A stretch of 64,000 nucleotides of DNA from Bacteroidaceae bacterium (GTDB lineage: Bacteria > Bacteroidota > Bacteroidia > Bacteroidales > Bacteroidaceae): assembly GCA_963640465.1 (NCBI GenBank), contig CAVHYP010000001.1:20553-84552 (forward strand). The letters run 5' to 3'. Each line of letters begins with the position of its first letter. Positions within the stretch are counted from its first letter, which is position 1. Positions 36,987 to 46,471 of the stretch are shown here, piece after piece. The position numbers and the translations under genes are program-made. The notes beneath the pieces are model-generated. The model was given only the letters and a program-made list of their open reading frames with translations. It made no database searches and was not told where the DNA came from.

Positions 36987-37679
36987 TCATCTGTTTCTGC
37001 TTGCGTTTGTCAGTTTGTCGAAATCCGGGATGGTGAACCCGTATCTGCGCAGTTCGATGAGATTTTGGTCTTTCCACTGGTTGAGCACTCCTGATACGTT
37101 GAGCCTTGTTTCGTCGATAATCTGTGCAAGGTCGTTCATCTTTATCCTCACGTTCTTCTGTCCTCCCTTGAACAGGCAGTGGTTGGCTATTGCCTTCACT
37201 ATTTTCCGGTCGATTTCCGTTGGAATGTCGTCCTTGAATGTGTCTTTTGCCTTGCGCAGGTTATTGCAGAGGTAGTTGATGTAGTTGCTGCGTATCAGTT
37301 CATGACCCATGAGCCGCTTCAGGAAGAAGTCGCGCGAGATGGTGAACGTGTGTCCTTTGGTGACGAACGAGTAGGTGCGTTCATACGACCGCTTCACTCC
37401 GAACAGGTTGTAGGCTTCGATGAGGTGAGGACAGTCGTCGGACTGTTCTGAAACAATGAATGCAGTTGTCTCGTCGTGGTATTCCACCTCGAACGTGCCG
37501 TCAATGATATAGGTGAGTGCCGAGCATCTGTCGCCTTGGTTGACTATGACTTCGTGCTCGTCGTATTGCTGAAAGTCGAGTTTCAGATTGACGATGAGCT
37601 CACTGAACTCTTTTAGTGTGAGTCCTTGCAGAAGTGGTAGCGACTGCATTTTTTCAAACATGCTTATTTCCATATTCAT
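36987..37679 (-). CDS. Crp/Fnr-family transcriptional regulator
   Basis: 230 aa. N-terminal cNMP-binding-like barrel and C-terminal HTH (MNDLAQIIDETRLNVSGVLNQWKDQNLIEL). Confidence 0.75.
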   Translation of the reverse strand: MNMEISMFEKMQSLPLLQGLTLKEFSELIVNLKLDFQQYDEHEVIVNQGDRCSALTYIIDGTFEVEYHDETTAFIVSEQSDDCPHLIEAYNLFGVKRSYERTYSFVTKGHTFTISRDFFLKRLMGHELIRSNYINYLCNNLRKAKDTFKDDIPTEIDRKIVKAIANHCLFKGGQKNVRIKMNDLAQIIDETRLNVSGVLNQWKDQNLIELRRYGFTIPDFDKLTNASRNR

Positions 37680-37737
37680 CTGTTTTTGCGGTCTATATGC
37701 GTAGAATGCTGTATGTGTGTGATTCTGCCTCTGTTGT

Positions 37738-38820
37738 TTATTCGATTTTTAGGTTGTCGGTATGCCAGGTGGCATAGTTCCCGTTTTTGTCGGTATAAAT
37801 GAAGTAGGCTTTCAGTTCCGGATGTTTCTCCAGTACTTTCTTTGCCTTCTCTATTCCGAGCACCATGAAGGCGGTGGCATAGGCATCGGCTGTGGCGCAG
37901 TCGCTGGCAAGGACTGTGGCTGACAGCAGGCTGTGCTGTATCGGGTAGCCGGTGCGTGGGTCGATGGTGTGTGCATAGCGTTTGTTGCCTTTCTCGTAGA
38001 AATTGCGGTAGTTGCCTGATGTTGCCATTGCGATGTCGGTGACGTTCAGTACTTCCTCCAGGTTTTTGTTTGTTCCGGTGGGGTCGGGGTCGGGTTTCAC
38101 GATTCCGATGTTCCATTTCTCTCCTTTCGGATTGTGTCCGCCCAATTGGATTTCTCCGCCAATCTCCACCATGTAGTCGTTGATGTTGAGGCTTTCAAGG
38201 TAATTGCTCACAACGTCCACTCCGTAGCCTTTGGCAATGGCACTGAAGTCGAGCATCATTGCTGTGTCGGCTTTCACAATCTGGTTGTCCTCGAGTTTTA
38301 CTCGGGTGAAGTCCACGTGTTTCTTTATCTCCTGGATGAGCGAGTCGCTTACGTTTTCTTTGTTCTTGAATCCGAATCCCCATGCATTGACCAGTGGTGC
38401 CACTGTCACGTCGAATGCTCCGTCGGTGTTCTCTGATATTTCCTTGGCGAGGGTGAACACTGTGCGCACCATCGGGTCGGTGTCGGTGCTACGGTTGTCG
38501 TTGATTTTCGCAAGGGTAGAGTTGTTGTTGAATGTGGAGAGTGAGTTGTCCACATCTTTCAATACGGAGTCAATCTTTGTCTGTATGTCTTCTCCGTAGT
38601 GGTAGGTGATGTGGTAATAGGTGCCGAACACGTTGCCTTCACACGTTATGTAGTCGGGGTCGGCTTGCTTGCCTTGTTTCTTGTTCTCTGTGGCGATGTA
38701 TATGGTGCCAGCAATCAGGAGCAGAAGCAGCACGATGTGTTGCCACTTCAATTTGTGGCGTTCTGCCTTTTGGTCCAACTGCTTGTTGAGTTTGTCGTTG
38801 AGTTTACTGAACATGCTCAT
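37738..38820 (-). CDS. apbE: FAD:protein FMN transferase (ApbE family)
   Basis: 360 aa. N-terminal TM anchor, and motifs GAFDVTVAPLVNAWGFG, AIAKGYGVD, ATSGNY. Confidence 0.85.
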   Translation of the reverse strand: MSMFSKLNDKLNKQLDQKAERHKLKWQHIVLLLLLIAGTIYIATENKKQGKQADPDYITCEGNVFGTYYHITYHYGEDIQTKIDSVLKDVDNSLSTFNNNSTLAKINDNRSTDTDPMVRTVFTLAKEISENTDGAFDVTVAPLVNAWGFGFKNKENVSDSLIQEIKKHVDFTRVKLEDNQIVKADTAMMLDFSAIAKGYGVDVVSNYLESLNINDYMVEIGGEIQLGGHNPKGEKWNIGIVKPDPDPTGTNKNLEEVLNVTDIAMATSGNYRNFYEKGNKRYAHTIDPRTGYPIQHSLLSATVLASDCATADAYATAFMVLGIEKAKKVLEKHPELKAYFIYTDKNGNYATWHTDNLKIE

Positions 38821-38967
38821 AATGTTTCTTTGTATTCTATGTATGTAATTCTAATGTATTTGCTTTCTCTGTTCAAATTTACTTGCTTCCGTTTCTGAGT
38901 ATTTGTTTCTCTTCGAATGCAATCTTTCTTCTAACTGTCCTTGTTCTTGTTCTCATTCCTTGGTTTT

Positions 38968-39537
38968 CTATGCCGAGAGGTGGTCAATCAGCACTTTCAT
39001 GCCTATCAGTATGAGAATTACTCCTCCGATGAGTTCGGCTGGGAACTTGAATTTCTTGCCGAGTGAAACTCCAATCACGTTGCCCACGATTGACATCACT
39101 GTGGAGCAGATGCCGATGGTTACGATGGGGGAGAGGATGTCGGCAAATGTGGTCATCTCCATGCAGGTGAATGAAATTCCGACGGAGAGGGCGTCGATGC
39201 TTGTGGCGAATGACATCAGCAGTATCACTGACAGTCGGGTGGGGTCGAACTCCTTCTGTTCTTCTTTCTTGAACTGGTCGACTATCATCTTCACTCCGAT
39301 GAATGTCAGCAGTGCGAATGCAATCCAGTGGTCGACTGGGTTGATGTAGCTCTTGAAGTTGATGGAGCACAGCCAGCCTATCAGTGGCATCATTGCCTGG
39401 AACAGTCCGAACAGCACTGCCATCAGTGTCATCGACTTGATGTCGTATCTTTTCAGTATCAGTCCTGAGGCGAAGTTTACACTGAAGCAGTCCATTGCTA
39501 GTGCCAGTCCCAGAAGTATCTGTCCTATTAGTGTCAT
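38968..39537 (-). CDS. mntP: manganese efflux pump MntP
   Basis: 189 aa, 6 TM. Motifs LALAMDCFSV and ATSIDALSVGISF. Confidence 0.85.
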   Translation of the reverse strand: MTLIGQILLGLALAMDCFSVNFASGLILKRYDIKSMTLMAVLFGLFQAMMPLIGWLCSINFKSYINPVDHWIAFALLTFIGVKMIVDQFKKEEQKEFDPTRLSVILLMSFATSIDALSVGISFTCMEMTTFADILSPIVTIGICSTVMSIVGNVIGVSLGKKFKFPAELIGGVILILIGMKVLIDHLSA

Positions 39538-39658
39538 AATCCGTGTCCTTTTTATTTGTCAGCTTGCGATCTTTTCCTTGCGATCTTTGCTGTCATTCTT
39601 TCTTTGTCAGTTTCCGCTAGCTTTCCGTTCTTGCGTTGATGTCGGTCTTTGCTTTCCG

Positions 39659-40567
39659 TCAGCTTTTGTCTTTTGTTTTCTTCTTTCCCCAGTTCAGGTC
39701 GAAGATGAGGTTGTATGTGCCTCCCCAGCACGACTCGTTGACTGTTGTCCCGTATCCTGGGACGTAATATGGCTGTGCATATATTTCCTGTCCGATTTTC
39801 AGCGGTTTCTTGTATCTCACGCTCCATCCCATGTGGAATTTGCTCCATATCTTCACCTGTACTCCAAACACTATCTCAGCCCAGTGGCTTGTGCTTTTCA
39901 TTCCTTTGTAGCGGAAGGGTGCGGTGCCATGCCATATGGGGTCAGTCATGTCGGGTCCGCTCATGTCGTAGGTGAACGAGGTGAATCCGTATCTCAGTCC
40001 TACGTAGAGGCGGTTGTCCTGCCATTTGTCCTTCAGTACGTTATAGTCGATTCCTATTCTGAAGTAGGGCGCTGCTGTCTTGTAGGATATGTCGGTGTTG
40101 TCGTCGGTGGTCTCGCATTTGGTGTAGCCTGCTTCGAACACAGGGAAATATGTGTTCTTGAGGTTCAGCCTCAGTGCTCCTTCTGCATTGCCGTAGTCGG
40201 AGAAGGCATACATCACTGGTCCGAATATGTCGGCTGACAGGGTGAAGCCTTTGAACCATTTCATCTCTTTCTGCCCGAGTATGTCGTCCACATATTTTGA
40301 AGGACGTATGGTGTCGGTGGCTGACGTTGGGATAGTGTCCTCTTCGATGGTTATCTTGAAGGGGTGGATTAAATCGGGCACCTCGATTGAGTCGAGGGGG
40401 ATGGGCAATGCCACGCTGATGGGTTCGTCTGGCGATGTCACGCTGTCGGATGCGTCTGGCGATGTCTCGTAGTCTTGCTGTGCTGACATGTGGCACGTAC
40501 CGGACATCAGCAGCACTACGACTGCAGCTTTACTGGGCAATGCCATGGTTGCAGCTTTGTCCAGCAT
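39659..40567 (-). CDS. predicted outer-membrane beta-barrel protein (resembles the DUF6048 family from memory)
   Basis: ORF 39659..40636. A start at 40567 or 40546 (MALPSKAAVVVLLMSGTCHMSAQ signal) avoids overlap with the upstream gene. The C-terminal 230 aa have an alternating aromatic/hydrophobic strand pattern, ending LNWGKKKTKDKS. Confidence 0.5.
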   Translation of the reverse strand: MLDKAATMALPSKAAVVVLLMSGTCHMSAQQDYETSPDASDSVTSPDEPISVALPIPLDSIEVPDLIHPFKITIEEDTIPTSATDTIRPSKYVDDILGQKEMKWFKGFTLSADIFGPVMYAFSDYGNAEGALRLNLKNTYFPVFEAGYTKCETTDDNTDISYKTAAPYFRIGIDYNVLKDKWQDNRLYVGLRYGFTSFTYDMSGPDMTDPIWHGTAPFRYKGMKSTSHWAEIVFGVQVKIWSKFHMGWSVRYKKPLKIGQEIYAQPYYVPGYGTTVNESCWGGTYNLIFDLNWGKKKTKDKS

Positions 40568-40580
40568 CTTCTGTGCTGTC

Positions 40581-41183
40581 TTACTGAGCAACTCCATTGA
40601 AGTAGATCTTGATGTTTTCATTGCCTTCGTAGTCAACTGTAGGGTTTACTATTTCTATGTGGTCGATGGCTGCATCGGTGGTTTTCACTGAGATGAGCCT
40701 GTGGAAGTAGTGGCTGCCGCATTCGGGCAGTTCCACATAGGAATAGGGTTCGTGTTCTATGACGACGGTGTCTTTCCGCGAGATGCTGTTGTAGTCGAAC
40801 ACCAGTGTGTCTGTCTTGCTGAAATATGCCATCGGCACTTGTATGTTCGATCGTGTGGCACTTTTGTTCACCAGCACTGTGTCGTTTCTCACTGTCGACT
40901 GGCTCATGGTGTAGCCCTGGCTGATGAGCGAGGTGCTCATGCTGTCGAGTGTTAGGGTCTGATAGCCCAGTTTCCGGTAGGTGTACACTTGTTTGTAGCC
41001 TGGCAGCAGTGTCTTTACGGAGAATGTGTCGGTGTAGGTGATGGCATTGCCTTCGCTGTCGTAGAAGTGGTAGTTGCACAACACTTCCGTGCTCATCGGA
41101 CAGTTGCTCGACGAGCATGCGGCAATTGCAATGGTGATGGCTGCGACTGCTGCTGCGTACAGTGTGGCATGCTTTGCTTTCAT
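40581..41183 (-). CDS. lipoprotein, hypothetical (resembles the DUF6452 family from memory)
   Basis: 200 aa. Lipobox MKAKHATLYAAAVAAITIAIAAC. Confidence 0.5.
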   Translation of the reverse strand: MKAKHATLYAAAVAAITIAIAACSSSNCPMSTEVLCNYHFYDSEGNAITYTDTFSVKTLLPGYKQVYTYRKLGYQTLTLDSMSTSLISQGYTMSQSTVRNDTVLVNKSATRSNIQVPMAYFSKTDTLVFDYNSISRKDTVVIEHEPYSYVELPECGSHYFHRLISVKTTDAAIDHIEIVNPTVDYEGNENIKIYFNGVAQ

Positions 41184-41205
41184 TCTTTTCAGTTTGTATT
41201 TCTTT

Positions 41206-42165
41206 TCAGATTGTCTTTTCTATGTGGTATTTGTTTCTTTCTGTTGAGTTGCGGCTGATCATATCGCCCAGGAATCCTGCGAGGAACAGCTGTGTGCCGA
41301 TGAGCATGGTGGTGAGCGAGATGTAGAAGTACGGGTTTTCGGTCACGAGTCCGGGGTTGTCGCCGTTGGAAAGTGCTATGAGCTTGTAGGCTCCCACCAC
41401 GATGGCTGATATGAGTCCGAGGAAGAACATGATGCTGCCGAAGAATCCGAACACGTGCATCGGTTTCTGTCCGAAGGTGCTGATGAACCACAGTGAGATG
41501 AGGTCGAGATAACCGTTCACAAACCGGTTCCATCCCATGAACTTCGACACTCCGTGCTGGCGTGCTTGGTGGTGCACTTTCTTTTCTCCTATCTTTGAGA
41601 ATCCTGCGTTCTTGGCGAGGTAGGGGATGTAGCGGTGCATCTCGCCATACACTTCGATGCTCTTCACCACTTCTTTCCTGTAGGCTTTAAGTCCGCAGTT
41701 GAAGTCGTGCAGGTTGTGGATGCCCGACACTTTCCTAGCGGTGGCATTGAACAGTTTCGTAGGTATGGTTTTCGAGAGGGGGTCGCCCTGGCTGCGGTTT
41801 ATCTTGAATCCGCTCACAAGGTCGTATCCGTCTTCCTTTATCATGCGGTAGAGCTCGGGTATTTCGTCGGGGCTGTCCTGCAGGTCTGCGTCCATGGTTA
41901 TGACCACATCGCCCTCGGCACGCTCGAATCCGCAGTAGAGTGCGGGGCTCTTGCCGTAGTTTCTGCGGAACTTGATGCCGTGGACTTCGGGGAATTCCTT
42001 CGACAAGCCTTCAATCACGTCCCAAGAGTGGTCGGTTGAGCCGTCATTACAGAAGATGATTTCATACGAGAACTTGTTTTCGTCCATCACGCGCTTTATC
42101 CATGCGTGGAGCTCTGCAATTGATTCCTGTTCGTTGAACAGTGGAACGACTACTGATATATCCAT
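41206..42165 (-). CDS. GT2 polyprenyl-phosphate glycosyltransferase (DPM1/GtrB-like, with C-terminal TM helices)
   Basis: 319 aa. Motifs VVVPLFNE, CNDGSTD, TMDADLQDSP, and two C-terminal hydrophobic segments. Confidence 0.8.
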   Translation of the reverse strand: MDISVVVPLFNEQESIAELHAWIKRVMDENKFSYEIIFCNDGSTDHSWDVIEGLSKEFPEVHGIKFRRNYGKSPALYCGFERAEGDVVITMDADLQDSPDEIPELYRMIKEDGYDLVSGFKINRSQGDPLSKTIPTKLFNATARKVSGIHNLHDFNCGLKAYRKEVVKSIEVYGEMHRYIPYLAKNAGFSKIGEKKVHHQARQHGVSKFMGWNRFVNGYLDLISLWFISTFGQKPMHVFGFFGSIMFFLGLISAIVVGAYKLIALSNGDNPGLVTENPYFYISLTTMLIGTQLFLAGFLGDMISRNSTERNKYHIEKTI

Positions 42166-42172
42166 ATTGTCT

Positions 42173-42766
42173 TTATTGTTTTTTTGCTAACATTTGGTCC
42201 ATCTTCGCTTTTATGTCGGTGCATTTCCGGTGTGCCATGATTGCCACCGGGACTGAGAGGATGATTGAATAGAGAATGTTGTTGGCAAACATGTTGAGAG
42301 CTAGTTCCACTGGTGATAGTCCTGCAACGGCGGTCATCTCTGCCTTGATTTGCTCCAGCATGTCGGTTGCGCCAATCATCCGGTATTGTTCTGCCATTTC
42401 CCGACTTGTGAAAATGGTCCGCACATAGTCCATTAGTCTGCCTTCGTCGAAGAAATTGAAGTAGATGAACTGTGACACTCCTGTCAGCAGACTTGCATAG
42501 ATGAGCATGAAGTAGGCGAATGCCCATGCCATGCCCCACGACACCCTGTCGCCCGGCACTCTCAAGTGTTGCTTGTATCTCCATGCGCAGTAGACGGGCA
42601 TGGCTATGTCCACTCCCAGGAGAAATATCCCTGCCATCATCATCATGGTATTGCCGGTCACCATTCCTTCGGAAAATGCAACGAAGGTGGCGCTCCAGGT
42701 CAGTCCGATGAATGTACCGTATTCGGTGCTGAAATCTCTTGTTGTTTTGTATAATTCAAAGTCCAT
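42173..42766 (-). CDS. small polytopic membrane protein (DUF4199-like)
   Basis: 197 aa with 4-5 hydrophobic segments. It sits directly upstream of the GT2 gene in the same orientation. Confidence 0.5.
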   Translation of the reverse strand: MDFELYKTTRDFSTEYGTFIGLTWSATFVAFSEGMVTGNTMMMMAGIFLLGVDIAMPVYCAWRYKQHLRVPGDRVSWGMAWAFAYFMLIYASLLTGVSQFIYFNFFDEGRLMDYVRTIFTSREMAEQYRMIGATDMLEQIKAEMTAVAGLSPVELALNMFANNILYSIILSVPVAIMAHRKCTDIKAKMDQMLAKKQ

Positions 42767-42824
42767 TTGTTCTCTTTTTCTGCCTCTTTGGAAGTCTTTC
42801 CTGTTGGGGTGCTAAAATACATTG

Positions 42825-42832
42825 CAAAGTTA
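42825..42832 (-). promoter_or_regulatory. candidate -7 promoter box (TAACTTTG) for the 42766-39659 gene string
   Basis: TAnnTTTG on the minus strand, 58 nt upstream of the ATG at 42766. Confidence 0.4.
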
Positions 42833-42930
42833 ACACTTTCGAATCAAAGTAGCAAATAAAAATGAATAAAACTCTGTCTGATGTCCCATTTTAACTTAAA
42901 TCGTGGGTCTGCGTTTAAGGTCGGGGCGAA

Positions 42931-43020
42931 TTTAGACCAGGGCTTCATTTTTTTTTCTCTGACTAGGAAAAACTTTTTCTCTGACCAGGGAAAAACTTTT
43001 CTCTGACAGGAAAACAAAAT
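42931..43020. repeat. repeat family 2, locus A: 3-4 tandem units of about 22 bp with the near-palindromic core TTCTCTGACCAGGGAA
   Basis: Units TTTAGACCAGGGC / TTTTCTCTGACTAGGAAAAAC / TTTTTCTCTGACCAGGGAAAAAC / TTTTCTCTGACAGGAAAACAAAA. Confidence 0.85.
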
Positions 43021-43066
43021 TTGCCTTGTTTTTTTCCTTAGGGGAGAATTTAGGTGAGGTTTCAAC

Positions 43067-45586
43067 TTATTTCCCCTTCACGTCCACTTTGCACGGACTT
43101 TCGTCCATGAAGAGGTAGGAGGGCTGGTAGCCGCCGGCATCGACCACGATTTTCTCGAACACGATGGCGGGGTCGTGGGGGCTGACGGTGAGGGTGTGAT
43201 CTTCTCTGTCGGTAGGGTTGAGCGTCACTGTGCTTTCCACTACGCGGCGTGCCACGGTGGGATAGTAGACTGAATAAATGTTCTCGGGCTTCTCGTTGAG
43301 GTTGTGGTTGAAGTTTACGGTTTCTGCTTTGCTGCCGTCGAGGCTGACGCTGTATGTCATTCCGCCTTTGTTGAGATAGTCGAGGGTGGACTTCACCACG
43401 ACGTGGATTTTCAGCGGATTCTTCACTCCGCCTGGCGTGCGGAAACGGTAGGTGATGCTTGCGCCTTCTACGGGCTTGGTGTAGGGCATGAGGGTCATGG
43501 CGCTGCGTGTGCGTCCCATGTCGGCTATGACGGTCCATTTGGCTTCTGTGGCGTTGTTTGCGGTGTAGTAGTGCTCTGTTTCCATTGCAATGACTCCGTT
43601 AGCTTGGGTGAAGATGTAGCCGCCTTCAGTTGGGTTCTCAATGCGCTTTACGTCGGGTATGCGGTCGGCTGGGAAATTGTCGTTCCATGAGGTGTAGCCG
43701 ATGTGTTTCTGTGTCATCATGCCGTTCCATTTGCCCCCTGTCATCTTGAGGTTGTAGTCGGCACAGAGTGTTGAGTCGCGGCGGAATGTTTGCTCCACAA
43801 GGTCTGCCCACTGGTTGCAGTCGGGATTGCCTTCGCTGAAGAGTTTGTGGTTCATTGCCTGTGCGTAGTACATTTGATGTATGTTGCCCATTGCCTGGAT
43901 GGGGAAGAGAATGATTTGCCGGTAGGCATCGCGCTGGCTTTCGTCGAGTGTGAGGTATTGGCGCAGTGCGTCGCGCTCGAGTGTGGTGTATTCGTCGACC
44001 ACTTGCTTCCATTCTCCGGTGTTGATGCTGTAGGTGGTTGCATCCATCATCTCGGCTGTGCAGCGTCCGTTGTACTTGCTGACGAGGTTGAGCAGGCGTG
44101 CTGCTTCGGCTGCCTGGGTTTTGCCAAACTGCTGGCGGCAGAAGTCGAGGGTGTGGCAGGTGATGTGGCTGGCGTCGTATTGGCGCGGACTCCATGCCAT
44201 GTCCATGAACAGTGAGATGGGGTATTCCATCGGCTTGAGGTCGCCCACATTGAGAATCCACATGCTCTGTATGCCGTTGTCGTAGGCGAGAGTCAGTTGT
44301 TCCCACATGTTCTGCACAGGGGTTACGTTCAGCCATTTCGAGTTGCGCGGTGCGCCCACGTAGTCCACATGGTAATAGAGTCCCCATCCGCCTTTGTGCT
44401 TGCGCTCCTGGGCGTTTGGCACACGGCGCACATTGCCCCAGTTGTCGTCGCAGAGCAGGAGAATCACGTCGTCGGGCACTTCCATCCCTTTGTCGTAGTA
44501 GTCGAGCACTTCCTTGTAGAGCGCCCAGACCTGGGGTGTTTCGCTGGCTTTCTTGCCTGTAACGTCGGCAATGATTTTGCGCTGGTCGCCGATGATTTGC
44601 TGCATCAGTCTGGTGTCTGCCTCTTCGCTCATCGCTTCGTCACCGTCGCCTCGCATTCCGATGGTCACGATCTGCTCGGTTCCTTTTATCCGTTCGATGC
44701 CTTCGCGGAAGAACTGTTGCAGACGGTCTTTGTTGGTGGTGTAGTTCCATGCTCCCCATTTGCCCCGGTTGCGTGCGTATTCCTGGTGGTTGCGTGCCAT
44801 CGGCTCGTGGTGTGATGTTCCCATCACGATGCCCATGTCGTCGGCTGTCTTCTCGTTGTCGGGGTCGTCGGCATGGAACGACCACATCCACATGGCTGGC
44901 CACATCATGTTGCCTCTCAGCCGCAGTACGAGTTCGAATACTTGCTGATAGAATCGATGGTCAGCATAGTCGGTGCCGTAGGTGTTCTTTATCCAGGAGG
45001 AGAGGCAAGGCGCTTCGTCGTTGAGGAAAATGCCGCGGTAGGCTACTGCAGGTTCTCCGTCGGTGAACGTTCCTTTGTTTGCGTAAATCTCTTTGTGGCT
45101 TTCCACTGGTACGTCAGCCCAGTAGTACCAGGGCGACACTCCCATCTGTTCCGATAGTTCGTAGATGCCGTAGACTGTGCCTCTTCGGTCGCTGCCTGCG
45201 ATGACGAGCTGTTCGCCTACGATGGTGATTACGAATTTCTCGCGCTTGCCCTTGAGCTGTGACGCATCAAGCAGTCGGCGCTTCACCAGTCGGTCGATGA
45301 GTGCTGAGTGTCCGAGTGTGCCGATGATGATCTGTGCATCGCCGGAGTGGGAGAGTGTGGCTTCTCGACCAGTCACCTGCTTGAAGTCTGCCATGAGCGA
45401 ATGGGCGGCAATGTCGACTGCCTTGAAGTCTGCCTCGTCGGTGGCGATTGTGACTCGCTGCTGGGGATTGAGCAGAAGGTCGCCTCTGTCGAAGCTGATG
45501 AACTGTTCTGCCGCTTCTGCGGTCTGTCCGAGGACGATGGCGACGGTGGCAAGTATCAGGGCCTTGAGAGTGTGGAACGTTGTCAT
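43067..45586 (-). CDS. glycoside hydrolase family 115 (alpha-glucuronidase type)
   Basis: ORF 43067..45616. I prefer the start at 45586 (MTTFHTLKALILATVAIVLGQTAEA signal), because a TATCTTTG box at 45614-45621 overlaps the longer ORF's start. Motif GVSPWYYWADVPV, and overall length typical of GH115. Confidence 0.8.
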   Translation of the reverse strand: MTTFHTLKALILATVAIVLGQTAEAAEQFISFDRGDLLLNPQQRVTIATDEADFKAVDIAAHSLMADFKQVTGREATLSHSGDAQIIIGTLGHSALIDRLVKRRLLDASQLKGKREKFVITIVGEQLVIAGSDRRGTVYGIYELSEQMGVSPWYYWADVPVESHKEIYANKGTFTDGEPAVAYRGIFLNDEAPCLSSWIKNTYGTDYADHRFYQQVFELVLRLRGNMMWPAMWMWSFHADDPDNEKTADDMGIVMGTSHHEPMARNHQEYARNRGKWGAWNYTTNKDRLQQFFREGIERIKGTEQIVTIGMRGDGDEAMSEEADTRLMQQIIGDQRKIIADVTGKKASETPQVWALYKEVLDYYDKGMEVPDDVILLLCDDNWGNVRRVPNAQERKHKGGWGLYYHVDYVGAPRNSKWLNVTPVQNMWEQLTLAYDNGIQSMWILNVGDLKPMEYPISLFMDMAWSPRQYDASHITCHTLDFCRQQFGKTQAAEAARLLNLVSKYNGRCTAEMMDATTYSINTGEWKQVVDEYTTLERDALRQYLTLDESQRDAYRQIILFPIQAMGNIHQMYYAQAMNHKLFSEGNPDCNQWADLVEQTFRRDSTLCADYNLKMTGGKWNGMMTQKHIGYTSWNDNFPADRIPDVKRIENPTEGGYIFTQANGVIAMETEHYYTANNATEAKWTVIADMGRTRSAMTLMPYTKPVEGASITYRFRTPGGVKNPLKIHVVVKSTLDYLNKGGMTYSVSLDGSKAETVNFNHNLNEKPENIYSVYYPTVARRVVESTVTLNPTDREDHTLTVSPHDPAIVFEKIVVDAGGYQPSYLFMDESPCKVDVKGK

Positions 45587-45613
45587 GGTTGTGTGTAGTT
45601 TGCAATTTAAGTG

Positions 45614-45621
45614 CAAAGATA
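45614..45621 (-). promoter_or_regulatory. candidate -7 promoter box (TATCTTTG) for the GH115 gene
   Basis: TAnnTTTG on the minus strand, 27 nt upstream of the ATG at 45586. Confidence 0.45.
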
Positions 45622-45965
45622 AATATAATTCTGCAATGGCTTTCGCTTTGATGGTCGTTTGTTGTGTGTTGATGCTCTCTATGTTTTTTATTTGATATAT
45701 TTTGATAGATTTTTGACAATTGGCAGTGGAGTGCTCCAGGGGCTTGATGCGTGGTCTTTACGTATCTATTTGTCTTTCTCCGGAAGATTGCATCGGAATG
45801 AAATTTTAGCTCTTTTAACGGATGAGTGTTGCGAGAGCTTAATTTGTTGTTCTATAGCTTGATAGGTGAAAATTTATATGCACATAATGGGGGGGGGTAT
45901 GTGCAATAATTCGAAAGTATGAGAAAAAATGAGCAGGTTTTGTTGTATGGTATAAAAACTTTCTG

Positions 45966-45973
45966 TACCTTTG
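45966..45973 (+). promoter_or_regulatory. orphan candidate -7 promoter box (TACCTTTG) with no downstream ORF
   Basis: TAnnTTTG on the plus strand, with a TTTTGTTG element about 20 nt upstream. The next 500 nt contain no ORF of 60 aa or more on this strand. Confidence 0.35.
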
Positions 45974-45979
45974 CACCGA

Positions 45980-46471
45980 AAAATGACATTCTCCTGTGGG
46001 TGAGCGGTCAAATCGGTATATGTTTTATAGCATATTAGAAGTATGCTTTCCAACATAAAAACCGAGCAGGGCCTTTCGGACAAGAAAAGTTGATTGTACG
46101 GATAAGCAAAGCTGATTGTACGTACTCTCGCGGGCAAGCAGTCCTGTGGATGAACGAGACAAGGTTCACGAGTCTTGGATGAAATAGAGACGGACTTTAC
46201 AGTTTGCAGACTGAACCAAGTCTTGGATGAAAACAGGTCTTAGTTGAAACAATGAAGAAGTGAGTTATTGATAAAAGAATATAGCGTAGGAAACAGATAG
46301 AACAGCACCCTTCCTTTTCTGGCTACAAGTGTACGATACATGTCCCCCTAACAATTTGTATCGCGTATAGGTTTTTTTGGTTATTCACACTTGCCGGATA
46401 CATGGACCCCACTTCCTATCATATGTACATTAAAATTGCACGGGGTTCAAAATAGGAAGGGTGCTTTTTTG
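45980..46471 (+). ncRNA. hypothetical non-coding transcript (unclassified)
   Basis: The orphan promoter box lies at 45966. Local hairpins include AGCATA-TTAGAAG-TATGCT at about 46030. A CGATACA/TGTATCG stem (46334/46357) is followed by T7 at 46372-46378. A 12-bp complement, AGCACCCTTCCT (46304) / AGGAAGGGTGCT (46455), is followed by T6. No match to tmRNA, RNase P or SRP signature motifs that I know. Confidence 0.2.

Noticed and set aside
36850-37275. 141-aa plus-strand ORF with LYVARLYVA repeats
   Set aside because: Its 5' part is a translation of the 15-bp tandem repeat, and the rest is antisense to the Crp/Fnr gene.
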